From Deinobacterium chartae (GTDB lineage: Bacteria > Deinococcota > Deinococci > Deinococcales > Deinococcaceae), in contig NZ_JACHHG010000002.1 of the NCBI RefSeq assembly GCF_014202645.1, forward strand, positions 162,180 to 226,179: 64,000 nucleotides of DNA, in the 5' to 3' direction. The notes below the pieces were generated by a model. It saw nothing but the letters and a program-made list of their open reading frames with translations. It had not been told where the DNA came from and ran no database searches. Below, piece by piece: positions 29,829 through 41,500 of this stretch. Position numbers and translations under genes: made by a program. Every line of letters starts with the position of its first letter. Within the stretch, counting starts at the first letter, position 1.

Positions 29829-31307
29829 ATGGCCCTCCCCCACCCTCTTCCCGAAGCTTCACGGGTGGTGACGCTCGACGCCGCCGCCCCGGACCCGTCC
29901 CGGCGCGAGCCGCTGGGACGGCAGATCTACCGCGCGCTGTGCGACATGATCCTGAGCGGTCACCTCTCTCCGGGCACCCGATTGCCCTCTACCCGCCAGC
30001 TGGCCCGCGAGTGGGGCGTCTCACGCAACACGGTGGTCAACGCCTTCGAGCAGCTCACCGCCGAGGGCTACCTCGAGGGGCGGGTCGGAGACGGCAGCTA
30101 CGTCAGCCGCGAGTTGCCCGAGGGGCTGATGGGCGCGGAGCTGCGCGTGCGCCAGGACCAGGGAGAACGGCGGCTCTCGCGGCGCGGCGCGGCCCTGGCG
30201 GCCACCCCAGTCTCGCTGCCCAAACCGGTGGGCAGCCTGTTCTCGTTCCGGCCCGGCCTGCCGGCCCTCGACGCCTTTCCCTTCGACGTGTGGGCCCGCC
30301 TCGAGGCGCGGCGCTGGCGCCGTCCGCCGCGCGAACTGCTGGGCTACGGCGACCCGCTGGGTTGGCGGCCGCTGCGTGAGGCGCTGCGCACCTACCTGCA
30401 CGCCGCGCGCGGCGTGCGCTGCGAACCCGAGCAGATCGTGATCACCGCCGGCTCGCAGCAGGGTCTGGACCTGGTCGCGCGGGTCCTGCTCGACCCCGGG
30501 GACCCGGTGTGGGTCGAGGATCCCGGCTACCTGGGAGCGCGCGCAGCCCTGCTGGCCGCCGGAGCGCGCCCGGTTCCGGTCCCGGTGGACGCGCAGGGCC
30601 TGCGGGTCAGCGACGGGGCCGCCCGTTGCCCCGACGCCCGGCTGGCCATGGTCACGCCCTCGCACCAGTTTCCGCTGGGAGCGACCCTCTCGGTGGCACG
30701 CCGCCTCGAGCTGCTCGAGTGGGCCCGGCACGCGGGGGCCTGGATCCTCGAGGACGACTACGACAGCGAGTACCGCTACCGGGGCCGGGCGGTGGCCGCG
30801 TTACAAGGGCTCGACAGCGGCGGGCGGGTGCTGTACCTGGGCACCTTCTCCAAGGTGCTGCTGCCGGGCCTGCGGCTGGGTTACCTGGTGGTCCCGCCTG
30901 ACCTGGTAGAAGCCTTCGAACGCGCCCGCGCCCTGCAAGACCGCCACCCACCCGGCGTGGTTCAGGCGGTCACCGCCGACTTCCTGAACGAGGGACACTT
31001 CGAGCGGCACCTGCGCCGCACCCGCGAGCTGTACGCCGAGCGGCAGGCCGCGCTGCTCGCCGCCTGCCAGCGCCACCTGCCGGATCGCCTTCGGATTTCG
31101 GCGACCGACGCCGGCATGCACCTGGTTGGCTACCTCGAGGACGACCTGGCCGCCACCGAACGCGCGGCGCGGGCGGGGGTGGCGGTCACCCCGCTCTCGG
31201 CGTACAGCCTCGAGACGGCAGGGTCCGGGCTGCTGCTGGGGTACACCGCGCTCACGCCCGAGCAGATCGAGGCGGGCGTGCGGCGTCTGGCCGCAGCGCT
31301 GACCTGA
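29829..31307 (+). CDS. MocR-family regulator (GntR HTH fused to a PLP-dependent aminotransferase domain)
   Basis: N-terminal GntR wHTH (RQLAREWGVSRNTVVNAFEQL) plus a C-terminal fold-type I aminotransferase domain. Confidence 0.8.
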   Translation: MALPHPLPEASRVVTLDAAAPDPSRREPLGRQIYRALCDMILSGHLSPGTRLPSTRQLAREWGVSRNTVVNAFEQLTAEGYLEGRVGDGSYVSRELPEGLMGAELRVRQDQGERRLSRRGAALAATPVSLPKPVGSLFSFRPGLPALDAFPFDVWARLEARRWRRPPRELLGYGDPLGWRPLREALRTYLHAARGVRCEPEQIVITAGSQQGLDLVARVLLDPGDPVWVEDPGYLGARAALLAAGARPVPVPVDAQGLRVSDGAARCPDARLAMVTPSHQFPLGATLSVARRLELLEWARHAGAWILEDDYDSEYRYRGRAVAALQGLDSGGRVLYLGTFSKVLLPGLRLGYLVVPPDLVEAFERARALQDRHPPGVVQAVTADFLNEGHFERHLRRTRELYAERQAALLAACQRHLPDRLRISATDAGMHLVGYLEDDLAATERAARAGVAVTPLSAYSLETAGSGLLLGYTALTPEQIEAGVRRLAAALT

Positions 31308-31392
31308 GGAACCGGGGGCTTGGGTCGGCTTTTGTTGCAGGGCACGGGCTAAATGGCGCGGGCAGGTCAAGCAAAGTGACTGATACGTCACG

Positions 31393-31425
31393 CCGGAGCT
31401 GCACTCATACTGAGTGCAGCTCCGG
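31393..31425. terminator. perfect 15-bp stem hairpin (putative intrinsic terminator or structured element) after the mocR-like gene
   Basis: CCGGAGCTGCACTCA tac TGAGTGCAGCTCCGG. Confidence 0.35.
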
Positions 31426-31571
31426 TCGCGTCAGGGAATCCGGTGGACCACGGGCAGCTGAGGAACGCCTTCCAGCCGTGCCCCCATCGAAAGCCGATCT
31501 TCCCCATCGGTCGTGACTGCGGAGACTACCCGGGCCGGGAAGCTATTCCCGGCCCTACCGCTGGAGCCCGC

Positions 31572-32429
31572 ATGAAACACGAAGTCATCATCAAGGAAAC
31601 GCACCGTGGCCTGCAGTACCGTGACGGCGTGCTGGTGCGTGAACTGGGCGCCGGACGCTGGAAGCTTCCGCGTCGCTCGCTGCTCCCCTTCCGGCGCACA
31701 CCGCGCGTGGAGATCGTGTTGGTGGACCTGCGCGAGCGCGACTTGAACATCAAGGGCCAGGAGATCTTGACCCTCGACAAGGTGGCCGTGCGGGTCAATC
31801 TGGTGGTGCAGTACCGGGTGAGCGACCCGCGTGCGGCGCTGCACGCGGTCGAGAACTACCAAGACCGGCTATACACCGACGTGCAGCTGGCCGCGCGGCG
31901 CTCGCTGGCCGCCATGACCCTCGAGGAGATCTTGACCAACCGCAACCGGCTGTCCGAGGACATCCTGCGCGACGTTTCGGAAACGGCGGGGCGTTACGGC
32001 GTGACCATCGGCCGCGCCGACGTGAAGGACCTGATCTTCCCGGGCAACTTGCAGGAGATCATGAACCGGGTACTGGCCGCCGAGCGCAACAGCCAGGCCC
32101 AACTGGTAGACGCCCGTACCCGCGCGGAGGTCGCGCACCTCGAGGCCGAGGCGCGGGCGCGCAACGAACGCCTCGAGGCCGAAGCGCGCGCCGAGGCGCG
32201 GCGTCTGGAGGCCCAGGCGCAGGCCGAGGCGGGGCGCATCGCGGTCGCCGCCGAGGCCGAAGCGTTGCGCGGGCGCGAGGAGGCCGCGCGCACCTACACC
32301 GCCTACCCGGCGCTGCTGCGCCTGCTCGAGCTCGAAGCGTTGCGCGAGTTGTCGGCGAACGCCAACGCCCGCATCTACCTGTCGTTTGACCGCACCGCCG
32401 CTCCTGCCGAAGACCTGCCCGAGCGCTGA
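31572..32429 (+). CDS. SPFH/Band-7 (stomatin/prohibitin-like) domain protein with a C-terminal coiled coil
   Basis: SPFH core plus an Ala/Glu/Arg-rich coiled-coil tail. Start moved to MKHEV... Confidence 0.75.
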   Translation: MKHEVIIKETHRGLQYRDGVLVRELGAGRWKLPRRSLLPFRRTPRVEIVLVDLRERDLNIKGQEILTLDKVAVRVNLVVQYRVSDPRAALHAVENYQDRLYTDVQLAARRSLAAMTLEEILTNRNRLSEDILRDVSETAGRYGVTIGRADVKDLIFPGNLQEIMNRVLAAERNSQAQLVDARTRAEVAHLEAEARARNERLEAEARAEARRLEAQAQAEAGRIAVAAEAEALRGREEAARTYTAYPALLRLLELEALRELSANANARIYLSFDRTAAPAEDLPER

Positions 32430-32512
32430 CCCTGGTCCGCTGCCAACCACCCCTCCCCGATGCGAAGCCCCGGTTTACAATGGGCGCAGACTTTAACGGG
32501 AGGGGAAATGCC

Positions 32513-33067
32513 ATGTTCACGCACGATCTTGGCGGGGGCCTCGAGTTGCGCCTGCTCGAGCACCGCCACGCGCCGGAACTGCTCGAGGCGGTGCGCGCCA
32601 ACGCCGCGCAACTGGACCGCTTCTTGAACATCGCCCGCGAACTGCACGACCTCGAGAGAGCCCGGCAGCGCATACAGGTGGCCCTGGACCGTTTCGCGGC
32701 CGGGCACGGCCTCGAGGCGGGCATCTGGTTCGAGGGCCATCTGATCGGTACGGTGGCGTTGCACGGCGGGGGCCGCACCCGGATCGAGGTGGGTTACTGG
32801 CTGACCGAGCCTTTTCAGGGGCGCGGCATTGCGACCCGCGCGGCCGCGGCGGTGACCGATCACGCCTTTGGCGGACTGGGCCTGCACCGGGTCGAGATGC
32901 GCTGCGCGGTGGACAACGTGCGCAGCCGCGCGGTACCCGAACGGCTGGGTTTCCGACTCGAGGGCATCTTGCGCGGCTCGTACCAAGTCGGGGACCGCTT
33001 CATCGACGAGGCGCTGTACGCGCTGACCGCCGACGCCTGGGTCGCTCCCTCCGAACGCCGGCTGTAG
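32513..33067 (+). CDS. GNAT N-acetyltransferase (RimJ/RimL-like)
   Basis: QGRGIATRAAAAVTDHAF motif. ATG 32513 has a GGGAGGGG SD. TACAAT -10 at about 32474. Confidence 0.65.
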   Translation: MFTHDLGGGLELRLLEHRHAPELLEAVRANAAQLDRFLNIARELHDLERARQRIQVALDRFAAGHGLEAGIWFEGHLIGTVALHGGGRTRIEVGYWLTEPFQGRGIATRAAAAVTDHAFGGLGLHRVEMRCAVDNVRSRAVPERLGFRLEGILRGSYQVGDRFIDEALYALTADAWVAPSERRL

Positions 33068-33124
33068 TGCGTTTTTCTCCGCTGAACGCGCCGTAGGGCT
33101 GCTCCGCGTAATATCCTGATCCTC

Positions 33125-33895
33125 ATGAGCCAACATCGCATCCTGACCCAGCAAGAAACCGGCAGCGGTACCCGCTTCGAGGTGTACGAAATCGCGCACC
33201 TCACCCGCGTCCTCGAGCGGCGCGGCGGCGATTACGAGCTGGTTCAGGCCTATACGCCCGCCGGGCGGCGACAGGTCAAGATCAGCCTCGAGGGCGGGGG
33301 CGCGCTGCTCGAGCCCGGCGCGCTGCAGTACGCGCACGGCAACCTGCGGGTAGCGGTGCAGCAGCAGGAGCAGGGCGGTTTCCTGGCGCGCGCGGTGAGG
33401 TCCGCGGGGACCGGCGAGTCGGCCTTCGCCACCCGTTACGAGGGCTACGGCGAGGTGTGGACCGAGCCCACCGCCAAGCACTTCCTGATCGCCAGCATGG
33501 AAGGCCCCGGCGACGCACTGCTGCTGGACGACCGGGCCTTTTACGCCTGCGAGTCCAGCATCCAGCTCAAGACCCACACGCACCGCAGCGTCTCCGGGGT
33601 GCTGAGCGGCAACGGCTTGGTGCAGCCGCGCCTCGAGGGACGCGGAGTGTTCGTGGTGGAGTCCCCGGTCCCGGCCGAGGAGGTCGAGGCGGTCGAGATC
33701 GGCGGCGGGCGCGAGCTGATCGTGGACGGCGACTTGCTGCTGATGTACTCGGCGAGTTTGCAAGTCGAGCTGCGCCCGCTGGTGCGCGGCCTGCGCAACG
33801 CGGCGCGCTCGGGCGAGGGCTTGGTGTACGTGCTGCGTGGCGAGGGTGTGGCGTGGCTCACCCCCACCGCCCGCGGCCTGTTTTCCAGCCCCTGA
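33125..33895 (+). CDS. AIM24 family protein (DUF124)
   Basis: 256 aa, AIM24/TIGR00266-like sequence. Confidence 0.65.
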   Translation: MSQHRILTQQETGSGTRFEVYEIAHLTRVLERRGGDYELVQAYTPAGRRQVKISLEGGGALLEPGALQYAHGNLRVAVQQQEQGGFLARAVRSAGTGESAFATRYEGYGEVWTEPTAKHFLIASMEGPGDALLLDDRAFYACESSIQLKTHTHRSVSGVLSGNGLVQPRLEGRGVFVVESPVPAEEVEAVEIGGGRELIVDGDLLLMYSASLQVELRPLVRGLRNAARSGEGLVYVLRGEGVAWLTPTARGLFSSP

Positions 33896-33908
33896 GCTCT
33901 GATGGCAG

Positions 33909-33942
33909 GAAAAAGCGGGGTGCCGTGGCACCCCGCTTTTGG
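33909..33942. terminator. bidirectional hairpin terminator flanked by A/T tracts
   Basis: AAAAAGCGGGGTGCC gtg GCACCCCGCTTTT, between the convergent AIM24 gene and sodA. Confidence 0.55.
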
Positions 33943-33950
33943 ACAGAGGT

Positions 33951-34577
33951 TTACTGGGCCGCAGCGTAGCGGCGGGCGACCTCGTCCCAGTTCACGACGT
34001 TCCAGAAGGCCCCGATGTAGTCGGGACGACGGTTTTGGTAGTTCAGGTAGTAGGCGTGCTCCCACACGTCCAGGCCCAGGATCGGGGTGCCGCTGGCACC
34101 GGCGACGGCCTCGCCCATCAGCGGGCTGTCCTGGTTGGCGGTCGAGACGACCTCGAGCTGACCGCCGGGCTTCACGACCAGCCACGCCCAGCCGCTGCCG
34201 AAGCGGGTGGTGGCCGCCTGGGCGAACTTCTCCTTGAAGGCGTCGAACGAGCCGAAGTCACGGTTGATCGCGTCGGCCAGCTCGCCCGAGAGCTGGGTGC
34301 CGGTACCCAGCACGGTCCAGAACAGGCTGTGGTTGGCGTGGCCGCCCGCATTGTTGCGCAGCGCGGTACGCTTCTCGGCCGGAACGCGGTCGAGGTTGGC
34401 GATCAGTTCCTCGACCGAGAGGTTTTGCAGGTCCTCGAGACCCTCGAGGGCGGCGTTGGCGTTGTTGATGTAGGCCTGGTGGTGCTTGGTGTGGTGGATC
34501 TCCATGGTGCGCGCATCGATGTGCGGCTCGAGCGCGTCGTAGGCGTAGGGCAGAGCGGGCAGTTCAAACTTGGGCAT
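33951..34577 (-). CDS. sodA: superoxide dismutase [Mn/Fe]
   Basis: [36 protein letters not shown]... Start at ATG 34577 behind a GGAGGA SD. Confidence 0.9.
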   Translation of the reverse strand: MPKFELPALPYAYDALEPHIDARTMEIHHTKHHQAYINNANAALEGLEDLQNLSVEELIANLDRVPAEKRTALRNNAGGHANHSLFWTVLGTGTQLSGELADAINRDFGSFDAFKEKFAQAATTRFGSGWAWLVVKPGGQLEVVSTANQDSPLMGEAVAGASGTPILGLDVWEHAYYLNYQNRRPDYIGAFWNVVNWDEVARRYAAAQ

Positions 34578-34664
34578 CAGAGTCCTCCTGGAGATAGCAG
34601 ATCCGGTGTTCACCGGGCGCTCTCATCTTATCGGGCTCGGGCGGTCTGCTTTCTGGCCCCTGCG

Positions 34665-35615
<951 letters not shown>

Positions 35616-35913
35616 CGCGCTGTTCTCCTCGAAATCATCCCACCGTGATTTGCGCTGCGTCCTGGACAGGGCCGGCCCCGGGGTGGGCTGCACGATCTTT
35701 CAGTGTAGCACCCTCACAACCTGCCCGCATGAAGCATTCAGATGTGAGGAAAGAATCATGGAGCCTTTGGGAATTAATTAAGATACGCTTCGCAAATTAT
35801 TATGAGTCCGGTTTTTCGTGACAGAGCCCACCAGATGAAGGCGGCTTAAACCCAAAGAATGAATCTCGACCGAGCCGCTCGAGGAGCGGGACCGTCCCGA
35901 AAGGAGATTCACC

Positions 35914-36555
35914 ATGCGAGTAACTGCCGTTTTCGACAGCCGCACCCAAGCTGAAGCCGCCGTGAGCGAACTGCGCCGAATGGGCGTGGCCGACAGCCAG
36001 CTCTCCTACATCTCCAAGCACGACGACAACCTGCGCGCGACCGACGAGCACTACAGTGGCAGCACCCATACGGCCCAGCCCGGCATGGGCAGCAGCATGG
36101 GCAGCAACATGGGCAGCAACCTGCGCGACGACGTGCGCACCGAACCGCACCGTGACGCCGAGGGAGACATGGTCCGCTCCGACGGCGTGACCGGCAAGGA
36201 CATGGGCGAGGGCGCGGCCAAGGGCCTGCTGGTCGGCGGCAGCGTGGGAGCCATCTTCGGTCTGGCCGCCGCTCTGATTCCCGGTGTTGGCCCGATCATC
36301 ACCGCCGGTGCGCTGGCGACCTCGCTGGGCTCGGCGGCCGGTGGCGCCGTTGCCGGTGCTATCGTCGGCGGCACGGCGGGAACTATCGCAGGAGCCCTGA
36401 GCCAGGCGGGCTACAGCGGCGAAGAGGCCACCTACTACGGCGAAGCGGTCGAGCGCGGCGGTTTCCTGGTCGCAGTAGACACCACCCCGGCCCTGGGCAT
36501 GAACGAAGTCCAGGAAGTGCTGCGCCGCCACGGCGGCCGCATGTACTCGGCCTGA
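35914..36555 (+). CDS. general stress protein 17M-like / glycine-zipper membrane protein (paralog of 22222..22836)
   Basis: MRVTAVFDSRTQAEAAVSELRRMGV N-domain. Gly/Ala zipper. MGSxMGSN tandem repeats. Confidence 0.6.
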   Translation: MRVTAVFDSRTQAEAAVSELRRMGVADSQLSYISKHDDNLRATDEHYSGSTHTAQPGMGSSMGSNMGSNLRDDVRTEPHRDAEGDMVRSDGVTGKDMGEGAAKGLLVGGSVGAIFGLAAALIPGVGPIITAGALATSLGSAAGGAVAGAIVGGTAGTIAGALSQAGYSGEEATYYGEAVERGGFLVAVDTTPALGMNEVQEVLRRHGGRMYSA

Positions 36556-36622
36556 ACTCCGCCAGGGAGAAGAGAAAGGGTTTTCCTTCTCCCCTGCTCT
36601 TCTTTGCTCTAACCTGTGGGGC

Positions 36623-37441
36623 ATGCAGCTGCATGCCCCCGCTTACGTCCGCACCCCCGACCTCGAGCGCAACCTCGAGCTTCACCTTGAGGCCTTGCGC
36701 GGCGCGCAGGCCGACTTGCTCATCTTTCCCGAACTGGCGCTGTGCCCGCGCCCGATGGGCGAGCGCGCGGATTTAGATATCCACGCGCTGCATTCGCAAC
36801 ACCCCGCACTCGAAGCGCTGCGCTCGGCCTGCCGCAGCACGAAGCGGGCGCTGGTGACCGGCACGCTGTGGCGTGAGGCGGGCGCGCTGTACAACGCGGC
36901 CCTGCTGATCCTGCCCGACGGAACGCCGCAGGTCTACCGCAAGGTCCACCGCGTCGGCATGGCTCCCGACCGGTGGCTGGCAGGCGGAGACCGCCTCGAG
37001 GTCTTTCCTACTCCCTGGGGCCAGTTGGGCCTGCTGGTGTGTTATGACCTCGACTTTCCCGAGGCCGCCCGCAGCCTGGCCCTTGCCGGAGCGGACCTGA
37101 TCGTGTTGATCGCCCACTGGCCCCTCGAGGGGAACTTGTGGGAGGAACTCGTGCGGGTACGGGCGCTGGAGAATCACCTGTACGTCGTGGCCGTAAACGG
37201 CGACCCGGACAATGCGCGCGACCGCGCGCGGGCAGCCGGTCCGCTGGGCCGCCTGCTGGCCAAAGAAGGTGCGGACGGCAGCCTGAGCGTGGAGCTGGAC
37301 CTGCGCGCCGGGCGCGCACCGATCACAGAGCGCGGCGGCGAGATCACCTCGGACTTCCTGGCCGACCGGGTTCCGGCCGCCTACCGCACGGAACGTGAAC
37401 GGGTGCGAGGAGAAGGCGGACCTTCTCCTCGCACCCGTTAA
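36623..37441 (+). CDS. carbon-nitrogen hydrolase (nitrilase/apolipoprotein N-acyltransferase superfamily)
   Basis: Catalytic E-K-C triad context (FPELALC..., LLVCYDLDFPE). Confidence 0.7.
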   Translation: MQLHAPAYVRTPDLERNLELHLEALRGAQADLLIFPELALCPRPMGERADLDIHALHSQHPALEALRSACRSTKRALVTGTLWREAGALYNAALLILPDGTPQVYRKVHRVGMAPDRWLAGGDRLEVFPTPWGQLGLLVCYDLDFPEAARSLALAGADLIVLIAHWPLEGNLWEELVRVRALENHLYVVAVNGDPDNARDRARAAGPLGRLLAKEGADGSLSVELDLRAGRAPITERGGEITSDFLADRVPAAYRTERERVRGEGGPSPRTR

Positions 37442-37453
37442 AACCGTCCGGGC

Positions 37454-38356
37454 TCAGGCCTGGATGTGGCTGCCCTCGTCCTCGAGGCCGCGAATCTGCT
37501 CGGGCGAGATGTGATAGTGGTGCCCACACCAGTGGCACACGACCTCCTGCCCGCCCTGATCGATCATGTCCAAGCGCTCGCTGCGGTCGAAGTAGGCCAG
37601 GGCGCTGAGGGCTTTTTCCTCGGAGCAGCGGCACTCGAAACGCACCGGCATGGCCTGCTCGTGAATCTCGAGGCCCAGCCCCTCGGTGGCGCGCTGAACC
37701 ACCTCGAGCAGGCTGCCCGCGCGCAGCGCGGTGGTCATCGAGCCCAGGCGGGCGATGTTCGCCTCGAGGCGGGCCAAGGTCTCGTCGGAGGCCCCGGGCA
37801 TCGCCTGGATCAGCAGGCCGCCGGCAGTGTGCACGCCGGCACCCTCGAGGTAAACGCCCAGCAACAGCGCCGAAGGAATCTGTTCGCTGCGGGCCAGGAA
37901 GTAGGCGAGGTCATCGGCGATCTCTCCGCTCTGCAGCGGGGTGGTAGAGGTGTAGGGCTCGGTGTTTTCGAGCAGGCGGGTCACACCCAGGTCACCTTCA
38001 CCGACCAGGCCGCCCACGTCGAGCTTGCCGTCGCTCTCGCGCGCGGGCAGGTCGGCCTGGGGATTTTTGACGTAGCCGCGCACGCTGCCGTCCGGGCTGC
38101 CTTCGGCCACGATCCAGCCGACCGGGCCATCGCCCTGAATGCGCAGGGTTACCCGGCTGCGCTCGTGTTTGTTGAGGACCTGCGCCATCAGCAGCGCGCC
38201 GGTCAGCGCGCGGCCGAGCGCAGCGGTCGCGGTAGGGCTGAGATGGTGACGGTCCAGGGCCTCTTGCACCAGGCTCCCGGAGTCCACCGCCAGCACCCGC
38301 AGGGTGTAGTCGGCAGCAGTCCCTCTCAGCATGTAGCTCGCAGTCTTCTCGGTCAC
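37454..38356 (-). CDS. hslO: redox-regulated chaperone Hsp33
   Basis: C-terminal zinc-centre motifs CRCSEEK...[11 protein letters not shown] start 6 nt after TACAAT. Confidence 0.8.
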   Translation of the reverse strand: MTEKTASYMLRGTAADYTLRVLAVDSGSLVQEALDRHHLSPTATAALGRALTGALLMAQVLNKHERSRVTLRIQGDGPVGWIVAEGSPDGSVRGYVKNPQADLPARESDGKLDVGGLVGEGDLGVTRLLENTEPYTSTTPLQSGEIADDLAYFLARSEQIPSALLLGVYLEGAGVHTAGGLLIQAMPGASDETLARLEANIARLGSMTTALRAGSLLEVVQRATEGLGLEIHEQAMPVRFECRCSEEKALSALAYFDRSERLDMIDQGGQEVVCHWCGHHYHISPEQIRGLEDEGSHIQA

Positions 38357-38446
38357 TCAAGAATTGTAGTCTGGACGGGCGGTGCCGAATGGGAGCAGGA
38401 TAGCAATTTGCTATGGTGGATTCAGCAAATTTGAGCTAAGTTCACT

Positions 38447-38500
38447 AAACTATAAAAAACAAAGCAAAGCGGCGGGCCACCCACAGGTGGCCCGCCGCCT
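38447..38500 (-). terminator. rho-independent terminator of the RND efflux operon
   Basis: 12-bp GC stem GCGGCGGGCCAC/GTGGCCCGCCGC followed, in minus-strand sense, by UUUGCUUUGUUUUUUAUAG. Confidence 0.6.
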
Positions 38501-38511
38501 CATCTTTCAGC

Positions 38512-41500
38512 TCAATCGGCGGGTACGCCCACAGGCCCGCTGTCGGACTTGACCAGCGTCTGACCGCGCTCGTAGCGGCGGCGCTCGAACAGGTAGAAGG
38601 CGGCAGGAACCACGTACAGGGTCAGCAGGGTTCCGGACAGCACGCCGCCCAGGATGATCACGCCCAGCGGCTTGCGCAACTCTCCGCCCTGACCGATGCC
38701 CAGCAACAGCGGCAGCGAGATGACCAGCACGGTCATGGTGGTCATGGTGATCGGACGCAGCCTCAGGCGGCCCGCCTCCACCAGCGACGCGCGCAGGTCG
38801 AGGTTACGGGTGCCGCGCACCACGAAGTCGAGCAGCAAAATCGCGTTCTTGGTTACCAGACCGATCAGCAGCACCGTGCCCAGCATCGAGATGATGTCCA
38901 GGCCAGTTCCCATCAGCGCCGCGGCCCAGAAAGCGCCTACCAGCGCCAGCGGCACGGTCAGCAGGATGTACATCGGGTAGCGGAAGCTGTTGAACTGGCT
39001 GGCGATCACCAGGTAGTTCAGCAGCAGTGCCAGCAGGAAAGCCAGCGGCGCTGCGGTCGCCAGGTCGCCCACCAGTTCGGCATCACCCGAAGAACCCAGG
39101 GTCACCTGATCATTGATGATGCCCTTTTCCGTAAGCAGCCGGTTTACCTCGGTCTGCACCTGCAACAGGCCAGGCGCACCGGGTCGGAAATTGGCGTTGA
39201 TGCCGGCCGAGTAGATCTGGTTGGTACGGGCCAGGGTAGCCGGGGTCTGCTGCGGCTGGAAGTGACCCAGGCTGCCCAGCGGCACGCTCTGGCGCAGCGC
39301 GTTCGAGTAAACCGGCAGCGACAGCAGGTCGCTCTCGGTGGCGACAAAGCGCGGATCGCCCCTTACGATGATCGGGTACTCCTGGCCGCTCTGACGCAGC
39401 ACGGCCGCCTGACCTCCGGCGTTGTAGGCGCGCAAGGTCGCGGCGATGTCCTGAGCGGTCAGGCCGCTGCCACTGAGCTGCGCGTTATCCGGCATAAAGA
39501 CCTGCTCGGTGTTGGTTTCGGACAGGCTCGAACGCACGTCCGAGAAGTAGCCGGTCGCGCGCAGCGCCTCGACCAGACGCGCGTTGTGCTCGGCCAGCAT
39601 TTCGGGCGTGGGGGCATTGAGAATCAGCTGGAAATCCGCCGCTCCGCCCGGGCCGCCGTCCGGCACGGTCACGCGGTACTCGAGTTCCGGGCGGTTCGCG
39701 AAGATCTCGGCAAATGCCTCGCGGTACCCCTCCGCGACCGTCCACACCGGAGCGCGCTCGTGCTTGGGCTTGAGGGTCACGGTCAGATCGGCACGCTCGG
39801 CGTTGGCGTTGCCGGCCAGCACGTTCGAGGAGGTACCCACCGCAGTCTCGATGGTCTCGACCTGCTCGTCGGCCAGCAGGTAGTTCTCCACCCGGCGGGT
39901 GATCGCGTCGGTCTCGCTGAGCGAGGTGCCCTTGGGCAGGTCCAGCGAGATCTGGATCAGGCCGTCGTCGGTCTTGGGAACGAAGTTGAAAGGCAGCATC
40001 GGCCCGACCACCACGATCGAGGCAAAGACCAGCCCGCCCGCGGCCAGGACCAGCCCGGGGCGGCGCAGCGCAGCGCCCAGCGAGCGCGCGTACACGTTCT
40101 GGGCCCGCTCGAAGCCGATCTCCGAAGCCGAGTGCACCGAGGTCGACAGCGCGCCGAACGCGCCGAACACGATGCGGAACACGTACAGCACCGCGCCCAG
40201 CAGCAGCGGGTACACCGCCACCAGCACCAGGGCCCCCAGGGCGTACAGCGGCTGGATACGTGCCAGGCTCACCGCCGTACCGATGGCCAGTACCGCCAGC
40301 AGCAGCAGCGAGAAGGGATTGCGGAACCACACCTTGAAAGCGACCCGGAAAGCCTGACCGGAGCCGAACATGCGGCCCACCTCACGCCAAGTCGGCGTGA
40401 CCGGATCGGGGAAGTAGGCCATGCGCACGGTCAGGAAGAACAGCGCTTCTATCCACGACACGAACACGGCCGCAGCGAGCACGATGCCGAACTGCTGGAA
40501 GAACTGCCCGATGATGCCTGGCAGGAACGAGATCGGCAAGAAGACCGCCAGCAGCGACAGCGTGGAGGCCGAAACCGCCGAGATCACCTCGGAGCCGCCC
40601 TTGAGCACCGACTCTCTCAGGCCGTAGCCCATGCTGCGGTAACGCTCGATGTTCTCGGCGACCACGATCGAGTCGTCCACCACGATACCGACCGCCACGA
40701 TGATGGCCAGCAGCGAGACGATGTTGAAGGTGAAACCGAACAGCCCGAACACGATGATCGCACCGATCACCGAGATCGGAATCGCCAGCACCGTGGAGAA
40801 CACGGTGTTGAGTTTGCCCAGGAAGATCAGCACGATCACCGACACCACCGCCACGGTCAGCAGCGTCTCGATGAAGGTGTCCTCGACCGTCGCCTTGATC
40901 ACCTCGGTGGTGTCCGAAACGATGCGGGCACTGTAACCGGCGGGGAACTTGGTTTCCTTGAGCAGCGCGCGCAGCTCGTCGGCCACCGACACCGCGTTGG
41001 AGTCCGAGGACTTGCGCACCGACAGCGTCACGACCGGCTGACCGTTGAGGCGGCTGTACGAGGTGGGGGTGGCCGAGGTGTCGCGCACGGTCGCCACGTC
41101 CGATACGCGCAGGCCGCGCTGCGCGTCTACCAGGATGGCCGCGATCTCCTCGGGGCGGCGCGCCTCGTTGCGCAGGCTGAACAGCGTGCGCTGGCCGTTG
41201 CTCGAGATGCTGCCGGCCGACTGGGTGAACGATGCCGAGGCGATGGCGTTCGAGACCGCCGCCGGGCTGAGCCCGAACGTCTGCATCCTTGCTGGGTTGA
41301 GCAGCACCTGAATCTCGCGCTCGGGCCCGCCGGTCACCTGCACGTCGGTCACACCGTCCACGCGTTGCAGCTTGGGTTTAAGGGTGTCCTCGGCGTAACG
41401 CGCCACCTCGGTCAGGTCGCGGCCCGGCGCCTCGAGGGCCACCGACAGGATCGGCTGGGCGGTGGGGTCGAACTTGGACACCACCGGCTCCTCGGCGTCG

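Noticed and set aside
38357-38446. CIRCE (HrcA) or HAIR (HspR) heat-shock operators upstream of hslO
   Set aside because: Neither TTAGCACTC-N9-GAGTGCTAA nor CTTGAGT-N7-ACTCAAG is present; only unrelated palindromes were found.
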